Shown here piece after piece: positions 7,478-14,835 of a stretch of DNA of 64,000 bases. A program made the position numbers and the translations under genes. Every line of letters begins with the position of its first letter. Positions within the stretch are counted from its first letter, which is position 1. Below the pieces are notes generated by a model. That model did not search any database. It saw nothing but the letters and a program-made list of their open reading frames with translations, and was not told the origin of the DNA. The stretch lies in IMG/VR virus record IMGVR_UViG_3300050821_002957, positions 1 through 64,000 of that record; one strand, written 5' to 3'.

Positions 7478-7551
7478 TGGCGATTAGTTCAAAGGTAGAA
7501 CCCCTGGCTGATTACCGGGAGACAAGAGTTCGATTCTCTTATCGCCTACCA
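7478..7551 (+). tRNA. Atypical tRNA with GAU (Ile) anticodon
   Basis: TGGCGAT/ATCGCCT-A-CCA (1:72 T:T); CCTGG-CT GAT TA-CCGGG (T37); AAGAG-TTCGATT-CTCTT. Confidence 0.8.
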
Positions 7552-7999
7552 TTTCGTCATGAATTTCACCATGACAGTTGGAACAGACAAGTATGCATTT
7601 GTTTAATTCGATTTTGATGTCTGACCATGATTTACCGCTGTTGTTTGAGATAGTGAAATCTTTTTGTGACGGATCTGTATGATGAAAATCCAGAGACCGA
7701 AGACATCGATTGTAACCACAGCGAGCACAGGAGCCGCCCAAATATTCTACGGCTTTTGCTTTGATATTTTGCCGACGTTTTTTGACTGATTGATAAGACG
7801 TTATAGTTCGAGGCCGACGAGGAACATGTTTAGCGCAATATGATCGTTTGCTACTGACCGGACTATTGCAAATTTGACATCGCCATTTTGTCCGATATTC
7901 TGTGAAACAATTTCGAGAACAGAATGGATTTGTTGGTTCGATAGATTTAGTTTTTTTGCGGTTGAAGTCTATACCGCAGTGCGTACACCTAAAGGTCAT
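7484..7999 (-). CDS. HNH endonuclease inserted antisense in tRNA array
   Basis: CARCGYNRC..SLDFHH.DP..K...CILVCSNCHGEIH; N-terminal Zn fingers; last codons antisense to tRNA 7478..7551. Confidence 0.88.
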   Translation of the reverse strand: MTFRCTHCGIDFNRKKTKSIEPTNPFCSRNCFTEYRTKWRCQICNSPVSSKRSYCAKHVPRRPRTITSYQSVKKRRQNIKAKAVEYLGGSCARCGYNRCLRSLDFHHTDPSQKDFTISNNSGKSWSDIKIELNKCILVCSNCHGEIHDEMVGDKRIELLSPGNQPGVLPLN

Positions 8000-8004
8000 A
8001 TGAC

Positions 8005-8011
8005 TATTTAG
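8005..8011 (-). promoter_or_regulatory. Late promoter CTAAATA
   Basis: 5 nt upstream of HNH ATG. Confidence 0.7.
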
Positions 8012-8036
8012 GATTAGCGCAATGTTAAGGGTTTGC

Positions 8037-8111
8037 GTCCCTGTAGCTCAACGGATAGAGCACTTGCCTTCTAAGCTCGGGATCTAGGTTCGATTCCTAG
8101 CAGGGATACCA
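8037..8111 (+). tRNA. trnR: tRNA-Arg(UCU)
   Basis: GTCCCTG/CAGGGAT-A-CCA; CTTGC-CT TCT AA-GCTCG (two stem mismatches). Confidence 0.9.
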
Positions 8112-8114
8112 TTT

Positions 8115-8188
8115 AGCCGCATAGCTCAACCCGGTAGAGCGTCTGCCTTACATGCAGAGGGTTCTCAGTTCAACTCTGAGTGTGGCTA
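8115..8188 (+). tRNA. trnV: tRNA-Val(UAC), CCA not encoded (TCA)
   Basis: AGCCGCA/TGTGGCT-A; TCTGC-CT TAC AT-GCAGA; CTCAG-TTCAACT-CTGAG. Confidence 0.9.
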
Positions 8189-8221
8189 TCAAATTTTAAG
8201 TAATAGGAAGAAGTAAAGAAA

Positions 8222-8404
8222 GTGATTTGTAGAGTATGTGGCGAAGAATTTTCGCCCGGAAGTAAACACCCAGGATACATTAATGTATGCCTGCAAGAAG
8301 AATGCAGAGAGACTGCTCGTGAACCTCTGGTGAGGCCGTTGGTATTGACAACTACGGTGAGCGTCCTGTATGATTCTGAAATAGAGACAAGTTTGGACTG
8401 GTAA
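8222..8404 (+). CDS. Small Zn-finger-like hypothetical protein
   Basis: CRVC...C..EEC; GTG start; ends inside tRNA-Lys(CUU). Confidence 0.45.
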   Translation: MICRVCGEEFSPGSKHPGYINVCLQEECRETAREPLVRPLVLTTTVSVLYDSEIETSLDW

Positions 8405-8469
8405 CTCAATGGTAGAGTAACTGGCTCTTAACCAGTAAGTTGTGGGTTCGAGTCCCACCCGGTCCACCA
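8395..8469 (+). tRNA. trnK: tRNA-Lys(CUU)
   Basis: GGACTGG/CCGGTCC-A-CCA; ACTGG-CT CTT AA-CCAGT. Confidence 0.95.
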
Positions 8470-8492
8470 AATTTTGTAGAGGACAAAAAGCA

Positions 8493-9156
8493 ATGCCCAT
8501 CGTAGAAATAAGAGCCGCCGAAGGTGGTCTCGACGCAAAGCTGTTAGTAGATGATCAATTCACGATCTATCTAAAGCTGGCAGAGCGGAGGGGTCTTTGA
8601 GGTTGAGATAACTGAAAAGACTGAAGGATTCGTCGCATTTGTTGTGAGTGGTGACAAAGCCGAAGCAACGTTTGCAAATGAAGCAGGCGGTCATCGCTGG
8701 CAAAGAGTCCCGCCAACCGAACGCAAAGGAAGAATTCAGACAAGCACAATCACGGTTGCTGTCTTGCCTGAACCCCAAGCCGAAGAATTCAAGATTGACG
8801 AAAAGGATCTTGAATGGAGCACAACCATCAGTCAAGGTAAAGGTGGACAGTCGGTCAACACAACTTACTCTTGTGTCATCCTAAAACACAAGCCATCTGG
8901 TGAAACCGTTCGTTGTCAAAATGAGCGATCACAGTTGCGAAACAAGCAGACCGCATTGCGAGTGCTGCGATCACGTCTTCTGGCGCAAAAAGAAAACGCA
9001 GAGCACGCCAGCGAGTCAAAACAACGCAAAGATCAAATTGGTTCGGGTCAGCGTGGAGACAAACGCCGCACGATTCGAGTGAAAGATGGTCAAGTCAATG
9101 ATCATGTGACTGGGCAAAAATGGTCCCTGAAGAAGTACTTGAATGGGGACTGGTAA
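8493..9156 (+). CDS. Class I peptide chain release factor homolog (RF1-type PxT, GGQ) expressed by +1 frameshift at CTT-TGA 8595-8600; about 220 aa
   Basis: Frame 0 MPIVEIRAAEGGLDAK...ERRGL-stop; +1 frame EVEITEK...HRWQRVPPTERKGRIQTS...GKGGQSVN...RTIRVKDGQVNDH. Confidence 0.88.
8587..8601 (+). other. prfB-type programmed +1 frameshift cassette
   Basis: GGAGG-GGT-CTT-TGA-G: internal SD 3 nt before CTT TGA. Confidence 0.88.
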
Positions 9157-9271
9157 AAGCATTTTGTCTAGTCCCGTCCTCTATTTCTTTATCGCACTTA
9201 AGACAGATCGGCACCCCATTTACGTACAGACATGTTTCAGATTTGTGGCAGCGAACACATTCAGTTTTCAT
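9095..9271 (-). CDS. Small CxxC/CxxC protein (58 aa, not in track), convergent with release factor
   Basis: MKTECVRCHKSETCLYVNGVPICLKCDKEIED...; about 40 nt downstream of a minus-strand promoter. Confidence 0.55.
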   Translation of the reverse strand: MKTECVRCHKSETCLYVNGVPICLKCDKEIEDGTRQNAFTSPHSSTSSGTIFAQSHDH

Positions 9272-9311
9272 AAAACACTTTTTGATAGTTTTGATTTAGC
9301 TTCTACACAAA

Positions 9312-9340
9312 ATCTTACAAAACTTCTAAAAAAGTGTCAA
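9312..9340 (-). promoter_or_regulatory. sigma70 promoter pointing toward release factor and tRNA array
   Basis: Minus strand TTGACA-17 nt-TAAGAT with A-rich upstream tract. Confidence 0.7.
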
Positions 9341-9376
9341 TACTCTTTTTGGCTAGGTATGTGATATACTACTTGT

Positions 9377-9452
9377 GGGTCCATCGTCTAACGGGATAGG
9401 GCACTTGTTTCCTAAACTTGAAGTCCAGGTTCGAGTCCTGGTGGGCCTACCA
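9377..9452 (+). tRNA. trnR: tRNA-Arg(CCU)
   Basis: GGGTCCA/TGGGCCT-A-CCA; CTTGT-TT CCT AA-ACTTG (two T:T mismatches). Confidence 0.9.
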
Positions 9453-9496
9453 ATCTCCGCAACTTCTGCGGCGAATAGCACTCTTAATCACCGCAT

Positions 9497-9525
9497 TTGA
9501 CCATCAGACTTCACTCTGCTAAACT
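9497..9525 (+). promoter_or_regulatory. sigma70-like promoter
   Basis: TTGACC-17 nt-TAAACT. Confidence 0.6.
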
Positions 9526-9531
9526 GTTTCC

Positions 9532-9987
9532 ATGAGTTGCTGGAACTACGACGAATTCAAAGCAGAGTTGAAAAGAATCGATCTCGATGTTCCGACTCCT
9601 GAGAAAAAAGCCAGTGGCTATAACAGAGTCGAGTACGGCGGATTGACGCTGATCAACAATAAGCCTGCGTTCGTCAATTCGTGGCACGTTGGTGGATCAT
9701 CAGGAGCCGGATATTGGGGCGATGAGGATCTTCACAGCTATGTTACCGGCGAGCCAGAACCAGAATGGGCCGACCTGACGAAAGTTTTGGAGCACTTCTG
9801 TCCAAGCATTACTTTTTTGAAATATAAGAAGCTGATGACCATCACCAAGTCAGATTCATGGAGCCGAAACGACTACTACGGTAATGAAACGAACTATTCA
9901 TATCGATACGTTTTTGTCGAAAACTTGTTTAGATTTTTGAACGACGACGGACTCATCGAACGAGAAATGGTGGATGACTCAGAATGA
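9532..9987 (+). CDS. Hypothetical protein
   Basis: 151 aa; ATGA overlap with next ORF. Confidence 0.7.
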   Translation: MSCWNYDEFKAELKRIDLDVPTPEKKASGYNRVEYGGLTLINNKPAFVNSWHVGGSSGAGYWGDEDLHSYVTGEPEPEWADLTKVLEHFCPSITFLKYKKLMTITKSDSWSRNDYYGNETNYSYRYVFVENLFRFLNDDGLIEREMVDDSE

Positions 9988-10478
9988 GCGAAGTAATCAT
10001 GATTGTAGGTCTGCCGGGTTCCGGGAAGACCACCTATGCTAGAAAGTTGATTCAAGAAATCAATTTCGCAAAAATTCTTTTCGATGATCCAGGTACTTGT
10101 CGCAAAGGACTTGACGCACTCGAAGAATGGATTGAAGACGGCGAGAATGCTGTAGTGACCGATGTCTACGGCATAACCACAGCAAAGCGCACCGAAATAC
10201 TTGACGCTCTCATTTCCTGGGGCGCAACCAAAATCACCTGGATCTTCTTTGAGAACAATCCAGAAGCGTGCATCCGAAATATCAAACGCCGTAACGAAAA
10301 AGACCCAAATTATCGGGTAGTTGCTGATGTCACAGTGCGGGAGCTTTCTCTTCTTTACCAGATCCCGGACGGTGCCACAGTCATTCCAGTCTATTCGCCA
10401 GTGGTCGATGTAAATATCAAAGGTGAATCTTTCACAGAACAGGATCTCATCGATGCAGGGCAGGATTGGGGCGAATGA
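9984..10478 (+). CDS. P-loop kinase (AAA_33 / polynucleotide-kinase-like)
   Basis: VIMIVGLPGSGKTT Walker A; ACIRNIKRR lid-like motif. Confidence 0.75.
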   Translation: MSEVIMIVGLPGSGKTTYARKLIQEINFAKILFDDPGTCRKGLDALEEWIEDGENAVVTDVYGITTAKRTEILDALISWGATKITWIFFENNPEACIRNIKRRNEKDPNYRVVADVTVRELSLLYQIPDGATVIPVYSPVVDVNIKGESFTEQDLIDAGQDWGE

Positions 10479-10666
10479 CACTTTCAATTTTAAAGGCCAG
10501 ACACAAAGCACAAGTTTCGGAATATCCTTTCGGAACGGTCGAGCAGCTACGAAAATTTGCTAGAGGACACGGCATTGAACACCAAGTCGGCGAAGATGCT
10601 CTTTACGTCATTCAAGACGCCGATTTTACCATCCTCGATCACGGAAAAATTCTGGATCTGAAATAG
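10475..10666 (+). CDS. Hypothetical protein
   Basis: ATGA overlap; TAG stop begins palindromic promoter copy 3. Confidence 0.6.
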   Translation: MTLSILKARHKAQVSEYPFGTVEQLRKFARGHGIEHQVGEDALYVIQDADFTILDHGKILDLK

Positions 10667-10704
10667 ACGTATCAATTGACATTCACTCTCGAATCTGCTA
10701 CAGT
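10664..10704 (+). promoter_or_regulatory. Early promoter with degenerate palindrome (copy 3)
   Basis: TAGACGTATCAA-TTGACA-17 nt-TACAGT. Confidence 0.75.
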
Positions 10705-10711
10705 GTGATTC

Positions 10712-11086
10712 ATGAGAACGGCTTTCGATTTCACAACACCTGGGCGCAACCAAACTACCGTCTCAAAAGATGAACTGTTCGTGGCCTTCCCTTTGTTGGT
10801 AATTCAAGCCGACGCATTTGAAATTGTCAACCTGAACGATGGCACATTCCTGATCGAATATCGTAGCCATAACGACAATGATTTCGTCCTACTCAAAGAA
10901 CACGAACTTTCCAAAAAGCCTACAAAAAAGAAACGCAAAATCAACATTGTGCCAAGTTCTGATCGCCCAACCTATTGCGAAGAATGCGGGGAAGAATTGC
11001 ATGAATTTTCGGGTGAGGAAGCTGGCAAAATAGTTTCCGGCATGTCGTGTGATTCCTGCGGCTGGACCTGGGATGATCCAAAATAA
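10712..11086 (+). CDS. Hypothetical protein with C-terminal Zn ribbon
   Basis: CEECG...CDSCGW. Confidence 0.65.
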   Translation: MRTAFDFTTPGRNQTTVSKDELFVAFPLLVIQADAFEIVNLNDGTFLIEYRSHNDNDFVLLKEHELSKKPTKKKRKINIVPSSDRPTYCEECGEELHEFSGEEAGKIVSGMSCDSCGWTWDDPK

Positions 11087-11087
11087 T

Positions 11088-11128
11088 TAGATGCATCTAT
11101 TGACTTCGAGCATCGGATCTGGTAATCT
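11088..11128 (+). promoter_or_regulatory. Early promoter with palindrome (copy 4)
   Basis: TAGATGCATCTA-TTGACT-17 nt-TAATCT. Confidence 0.85.
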
Positions 11129-11134
11129 TTAAGT

Positions 11135-11335
11135 ATGAATCGCTGGAGACTACAGAACGGCAGATACGTCGAAAACCTGGACCGACCGGAACTGATTGCT
11201 TGTCAGCCGCTCCAAGGTCCTGCCACTCGCATCATGTCTGCACTTCTGGAGCGAATGGCTGACGGTCCTTGTTTTCCTACGGCAACAGAACGTGCGGAAA
11301 TGGACCGTCTCGAAGCGATCAACTATGGATATTAA
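11135..11335 (+). CDS. Hypothetical protein
   Basis: 66 aa directly after promoter. Confidence 0.6.
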   Translation: MNRWRLQNGRYVENLDRPELIACQPLQGPATRIMSALLERMADGPCFPTATERAEMDRLEAINYGY

Positions 11336-11347
11336 AAAGGAACCCAA

Positions 11348-11719
11348 ATGATCACTCTCGCAGACGTTATTGCATTCATCAAGACCGCAGACGAAGTTGA
11401 CAAGGGCTGCATTCGAGGCGCTCTGAACATGTCCTACGTTCCGCCGACTAATGGTTACAATACAGATCACTTGAACCGTTACAATTTTAACAAGCAGGCC
11501 AGAGCCACTCAAGCTGCTCAGGTTCTCGGTAAACTCGGTGTCGGCGACATGGTGTCCTTTCCGTACAATGGTGTGAACTATAAGGGACAGGTCACAAAAA
11601 TCAACCGCACAAAGGCTAAGGTTCGCATCACGGAAATGGATGCGCCACCGACAAAAAAGGATGTCGTGGTCGGTGCGGTCGTTGGTGTGGATGCATCGAT
11701 CCTGGCACGAGGAAAATAA
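11348..11719 (+). CDS. Hypothetical protein with SH3/KOW-like C-terminus
   Basis: LGVGDMVSF...YKGQVTKINRTKAKVRI. Confidence 0.6.
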   Translation: MITLADVIAFIKTADEVDKGCIRGALNMSYVPPTNGYNTDHLNRYNFNKQARATQAAQVLGKLGVGDMVSFPYNGVNYKGQVTKINRTKAKVRITEMDAPPTKKDVVVGAVVGVDASILARGK

Positions 11720-11982
11720 TGAAAATCGAACAGCTATTTTCGGACGAAGAACTCGATTTTTTCGACGATATGGAAAAGCATGATCCGTTCATCGTTGAAT
11801 GTCATTTCTGCAAAGGCAAGCTGCACGTTGACAACAATGCAATGAGCCGGTGCATGAGTGGACTGGAAGTTGCACCACGAGGCTTTAGCTGGATCTCGGT
11901 GATTATCGAACCGTTCAACGAAGTGCCGTGCTGCGACATCTGTTTTGAAAAACCCAATCTCCCTGGAATGGTGATGTTTTAA
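11719..11982 (+). CDS. Hypothetical CxxC protein
   Basis: CHFC...CDIC; TAATG coupling. Confidence 0.6.
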   Translation: MKIEQLFSDEELDFFDDMEKHDPFIVECHFCKGKLHVDNNAMSRCMSGLEVAPRGFSWISVIIEPFNEVPCCDICFEKPNLPGMVMF

Positions 11983-12221
11983 TGGCAATGATTACGGCAC
12001 AACTTAATACCGGCGACGAAAAACTCTATCGTTTCAATGTCCACGGATACGCTGTGCCTCTTCAGGTTTGGGAGAATCCGTACTCCAGCCTGACCAGTGA
12101 CAATTGGTACTACCTCAACTCGAATGGGTACGCACAAAAGTTCAATCCTGATCGGCCTCCGTCAAAATGGCCTTCTCCTGAGCGCCTGATTCTGGTGCCC
12201 GACATCAACCAAAACATCTGA
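11982..12221 (+). CDS. Hypothetical protein
   Basis: 79 aa; TAATG coupling. Confidence 0.6.
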   Translation: MAMITAQLNTGDEKLYRFNVHGYAVPLQVWENPYSSLTSDNWYYLNSNGYAQKFNPDRPPSKWPSPERLILVPDINQNI

Positions 12222-12232
12222 AAGGAACTTTT

Positions 12233-12604
12233 ATGCCTACCGATCCCATGAATTTGAAAGACTACAGTAAGCAGTATGGTGATCTCGAAATGTTCAAAAA
12301 TTTCGAGCGACCGTACAAACGAATTGGCCTGCCGGTTGAGGCAGCACCAACAATGACCTTCAAATCAGCCTTGACTGCGTACTTGGTCAACAACTGCATG
12401 ATGCCCTCCGACGCCACACAAGTCATGGAAACCGTCATGGCCGACCCCAAAAACGATCATATGAAAGCGCATTGGGATCAACCTGTCACTGGATACCCAC
12501 CGGAACTGTTGACGGGACTTATGCTCACCATGAACGGACACGCCCTGACCTGGATCGACGCCAATTGCCCCGCCGTATTTTACCGGGCGATGTTCGTCAA
12601 TTAA
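12233..12604 (+). CDS. Hypothetical protein
   Basis: 123 aa; AAGGA SD. Confidence 0.65.
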   Translation: MPTDPMNLKDYSKQYGDLEMFKNFERPYKRIGLPVEAAPTMTFKSALTAYLVNNCMMPSDATQVMETVMADPKNDHMKAHWDQPVTGYPPELLTGLMLTMNGHALTWIDANCPAVFYRAMFVN

Positions 12605-12606
12605 TT

Positions 12607-12647
12607 TAGATACATCTATTGACATTCAGGTCGGCATCTGGTAGTAT
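12607..12647 (+). promoter_or_regulatory. Early promoter with palindrome (copy 5)
   Basis: TAGATACATCTA-TTGACA-17 nt-TAGTAT. Confidence 0.85.
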
Positions 12648-12653
12648 TGAGTT

Positions 12654-13238
12654 ATGGAAACGTACAACGTAGCTGACCTGATGGAACAGATGAAATCTGG
12701 CCGTTATCAATATGGCATGGGCAATTCGACTACGAGCATCATCCGTTCGATCACCGAAACGGACGGCAAGTACTTAGTCGTTGGTGACACGTTTGCCTGC
12801 TCTGGTGACGAGAATCTTCAACTTTCGGTCACGCCGATCCTGGTACAATTGAAGCCGATGGTCGAAGATTACTTTTCCGGGGAATGCGCCGCTTTCGAGA
12901 CCCTGGCTGAGGCTCTAAAACACGCCAGTGTCAAACGGATCACTGGACGCATCCTGACGGCCACCGACGAATTCAAATTGAAAGCTGGAGTGGTCGAGAA
13001 AAAGAAGTTCTCGAAGAAACGCCTGGAAGCAGTCCTGGAGCAGAACGGATTCGGAAAGAGCGTAAGCTACGAGGCGTATGGACGTGACGTGCGTGCTTTC
13101 ATCGGAACTGACAAACGGACGCAACTGGAAGCGTTTCTGCGCCTTCTGGGGCAGTCTGTAGACGAGTCCTACGCTCCTGGTCGCAACGTCGTCGAGTGCA
13201 AAGTGACTTTCTTCAAGGCATGGCACTGGGATGAGTAG
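12654..13238 (+). CDS. Hypothetical protein
   Basis: 194 aa directly after promoter. Confidence 0.7.
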   Translation: METYNVADLMEQMKSGRYQYGMGNSTTSIIRSITETDGKYLVVGDTFACSGDENLQLSVTPILVQLKPMVEDYFSGECAAFETLAEALKHASVKRITGRILTATDEFKLKAGVVEKKKFSKKRLEAVLEQNGFGKSVSYEAYGRDVRAFIGTDKRTQLEAFLRLLGQSVDESYAPGRNVVECKVTFFKAWHWDE

Positions 13239-13395
13239 ATCCGAACTGCGCCGGATGTCAATGGCGAAACTGATCGATCTCGCACAGGAAAATGAAATCT
13301 TCGTCTGGTTCGATGCCCACCGGGAAGGCATTTTGGAAGCGCTGGTGGACAAGCTGGTCGAAGAAAAAAGTGACGTTTGGTGTGCATATTTTTAG
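13231..13395 (+). CDS. Small protein, Rho N-terminal/HeH-like (54 aa, not in track)
   Basis: MSRSELRRMSMAKLIDLAQENEI...ILEALVDKL; fills the gap exactly. Confidence 0.55.
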   Translation: MSRSELRRMSMAKLIDLAQENEIFVWFDAHREGILEALVDKLVEEKSDVWCAYF

Positions 13396-13433
13396 ATGCA
13401 TCTATTGACTTTGGGGCCGATCTGCGGTAGACT
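13393..13433 (+). promoter_or_regulatory. Early promoter with palindrome (copy 6)
   Basis: TAGATGCATCTA-TTGACT-17 nt-TAGACT. Confidence 0.85.
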
Positions 13434-13439
13434 TTAAGT

Positions 13440-13700
13440 ATGAAAGCGATCAACACTTGGAAGATGGCAAACGGACAGACCGCAGAATTGCTTGGCGTTT
13501 GGGAAGAGAAACAATCATGGGGCGCTACTTGGAAGATGAACCTAGAGCGCTACAAGAGTACCAAAACCGAACGCACTTTACGGTACTTGATTTGCCACGA
13601 AGGTGGTCAATCGTATCTGGTGGGTGAATACAAATCTCTCAAAGCTGCATTGAAAGACATGGCTTCGTTTTCCAACTACACAAAGAAAGTGACGGCATAA
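13440..13700 (+). CDS. Hypothetical protein
   Basis: 86 aa directly after promoter. Confidence 0.65.
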   Translation: MKAINTWKMANGQTAELLGVWEEKQSWGATWKMNLERYKSTKTERTLRYLICHEGGQSYLVGEYKSLKAALKDMASFSNYTKKVTA

Positions 13701-13704
13701 TTCC

Positions 13705-14103
13705 ATGAGCAAAACATACCGCAACACTCTGTTAGATGCACCCAAGCCAGAAGCACTCACCGTCCAGGTTCTCTATACGACTTACGGTGGCGTCGTTTCT
13801 GACTGCACCAACGGTGGCGTGACGGCCAAGTCTGAACGGGTTATCCTGGTCCCCATCGGCGCAGATGTTCCGACCGATTCCAAGCTGCCGGTGCTCAAGG
13901 TGGTTTGTCGTTATTTTGGTGGTCTTTCATACCTGCACGCAGAGCCAGTGACACCCGTAGGCAAAAATCTGATCGGCTACATGGCTGGTGGCAATTTCGT
14001 CTACTCCTGTGACAGCCGTTTCCGTACCTGGGTTTCTCAGTATCCGATCAGCGTCCATGATCGTGTCGAGACGCAGGCACAGTACAATTCGCTTTCGGTC
14101 TAA
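13705..14103 (+). CDS. Hypothetical protein
   Basis: 132 aa ORF. Confidence 0.7.
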   Translation: MSKTYRNTLLDAPKPEALTVQVLYTTYGGVVSDCTNGGVTAKSERVILVPIGADVPTDSKLPVLKVVCRYFGGLSYLHAEPVTPVGKNLIGYMAGGNFVYSCDSRFRTWVSQYPISVHDRVETQAQYNSLSV

Positions 14104-14107
14104 CCAT

Positions 14108-14245
14108 ATGTCAAAACGTTGGCCCAAAACCACTCGAAAGACTTTGATTCCCGAACTTAAAGCACTCTGGCCCATGTTCACCATTGCTGCATTTGCAGTT
14201 GTTGCTATCTTCTTCACAGCTTGGTATACGTCGGTACAAAAATGA
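14108..14245 (+). CDS. Small single-TM protein (45 aa)
   Basis: MSKRWPK...FTIAAFAVVAIFFTAWY; ATGA overlap. Confidence 0.5.
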   Translation: MSKRWPKTTRKTLIPELKALWPMFTIAAFAVVAIFFTAWYTSVQK

Positions 14246-14835
14246 AAACTTTCACACCAGAAACCACCAAGATCCTTACCACCGAATTGAACGTGGCATT
14301 GGAATTCGTCAACGGAATTTTTCCCTTGATTCCTCTCGCCCGGATCGTCGAACTGATCAATGCGTACAATCTCGACGCAAGTCAGATTGTTCATCAACTC
14401 GGACCAGACAATGGGCGTATGGTCGTGCCGGTCGCCGCCGACATCTTCTTTGTCATGTCCTGGTATCGCTTTGAGACTGGTACATTTGAAATTGTCTGCT
14501 ACGCCACCAGCAACTTCGATGATTACGAGAAACCTTTCACCGCAGTCTACAAGGCACAAGAAAGAGCCGCTCGTCTGCGTCGTCTGAATTCTACGCTTCG
14601 TAATCTTCCTCCTTATTTCAACGGCAAGGGTCATGCTTTTGCTTGTGTCGAGAACCATATCATCAGCGCCGGGTTTGATCATCGAGAGTTTCAAGACGAT
14701 ACGACTAGCGGCAAATTTAGTTGTATGGGTGAGCAAGGCCGGATCATGTCGGACATCAGCAACAATGCTTTTATTGTCGTAACATGGTACAAGATGCCGT
14801 CAGGAAATTACGAGATCATTGCATATGCCAGCTAA
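14242..14835 (+). CDS. Hypothetical protein with duplicated domain
   Basis: FVMSWYRFETGTFEIVCYA and IVVTWYKMPSGNYEIIAYA. Confidence 0.7.
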   Translation: MKTFTPETTKILTTELNVALEFVNGIFPLIPLARIVELINAYNLDASQIVHQLGPDNGRMVVPVAADIFFVMSWYRFETGTFEIVCYATSNFDDYEKPFTAVYKAQERAARLRRLNSTLRNLPPYFNGKGHAFACVENHIISAGFDHREFQDDTTSGKFSCMGEQGRIMSDISNNAFIVVTWYKMPSGNYEIIAYAS

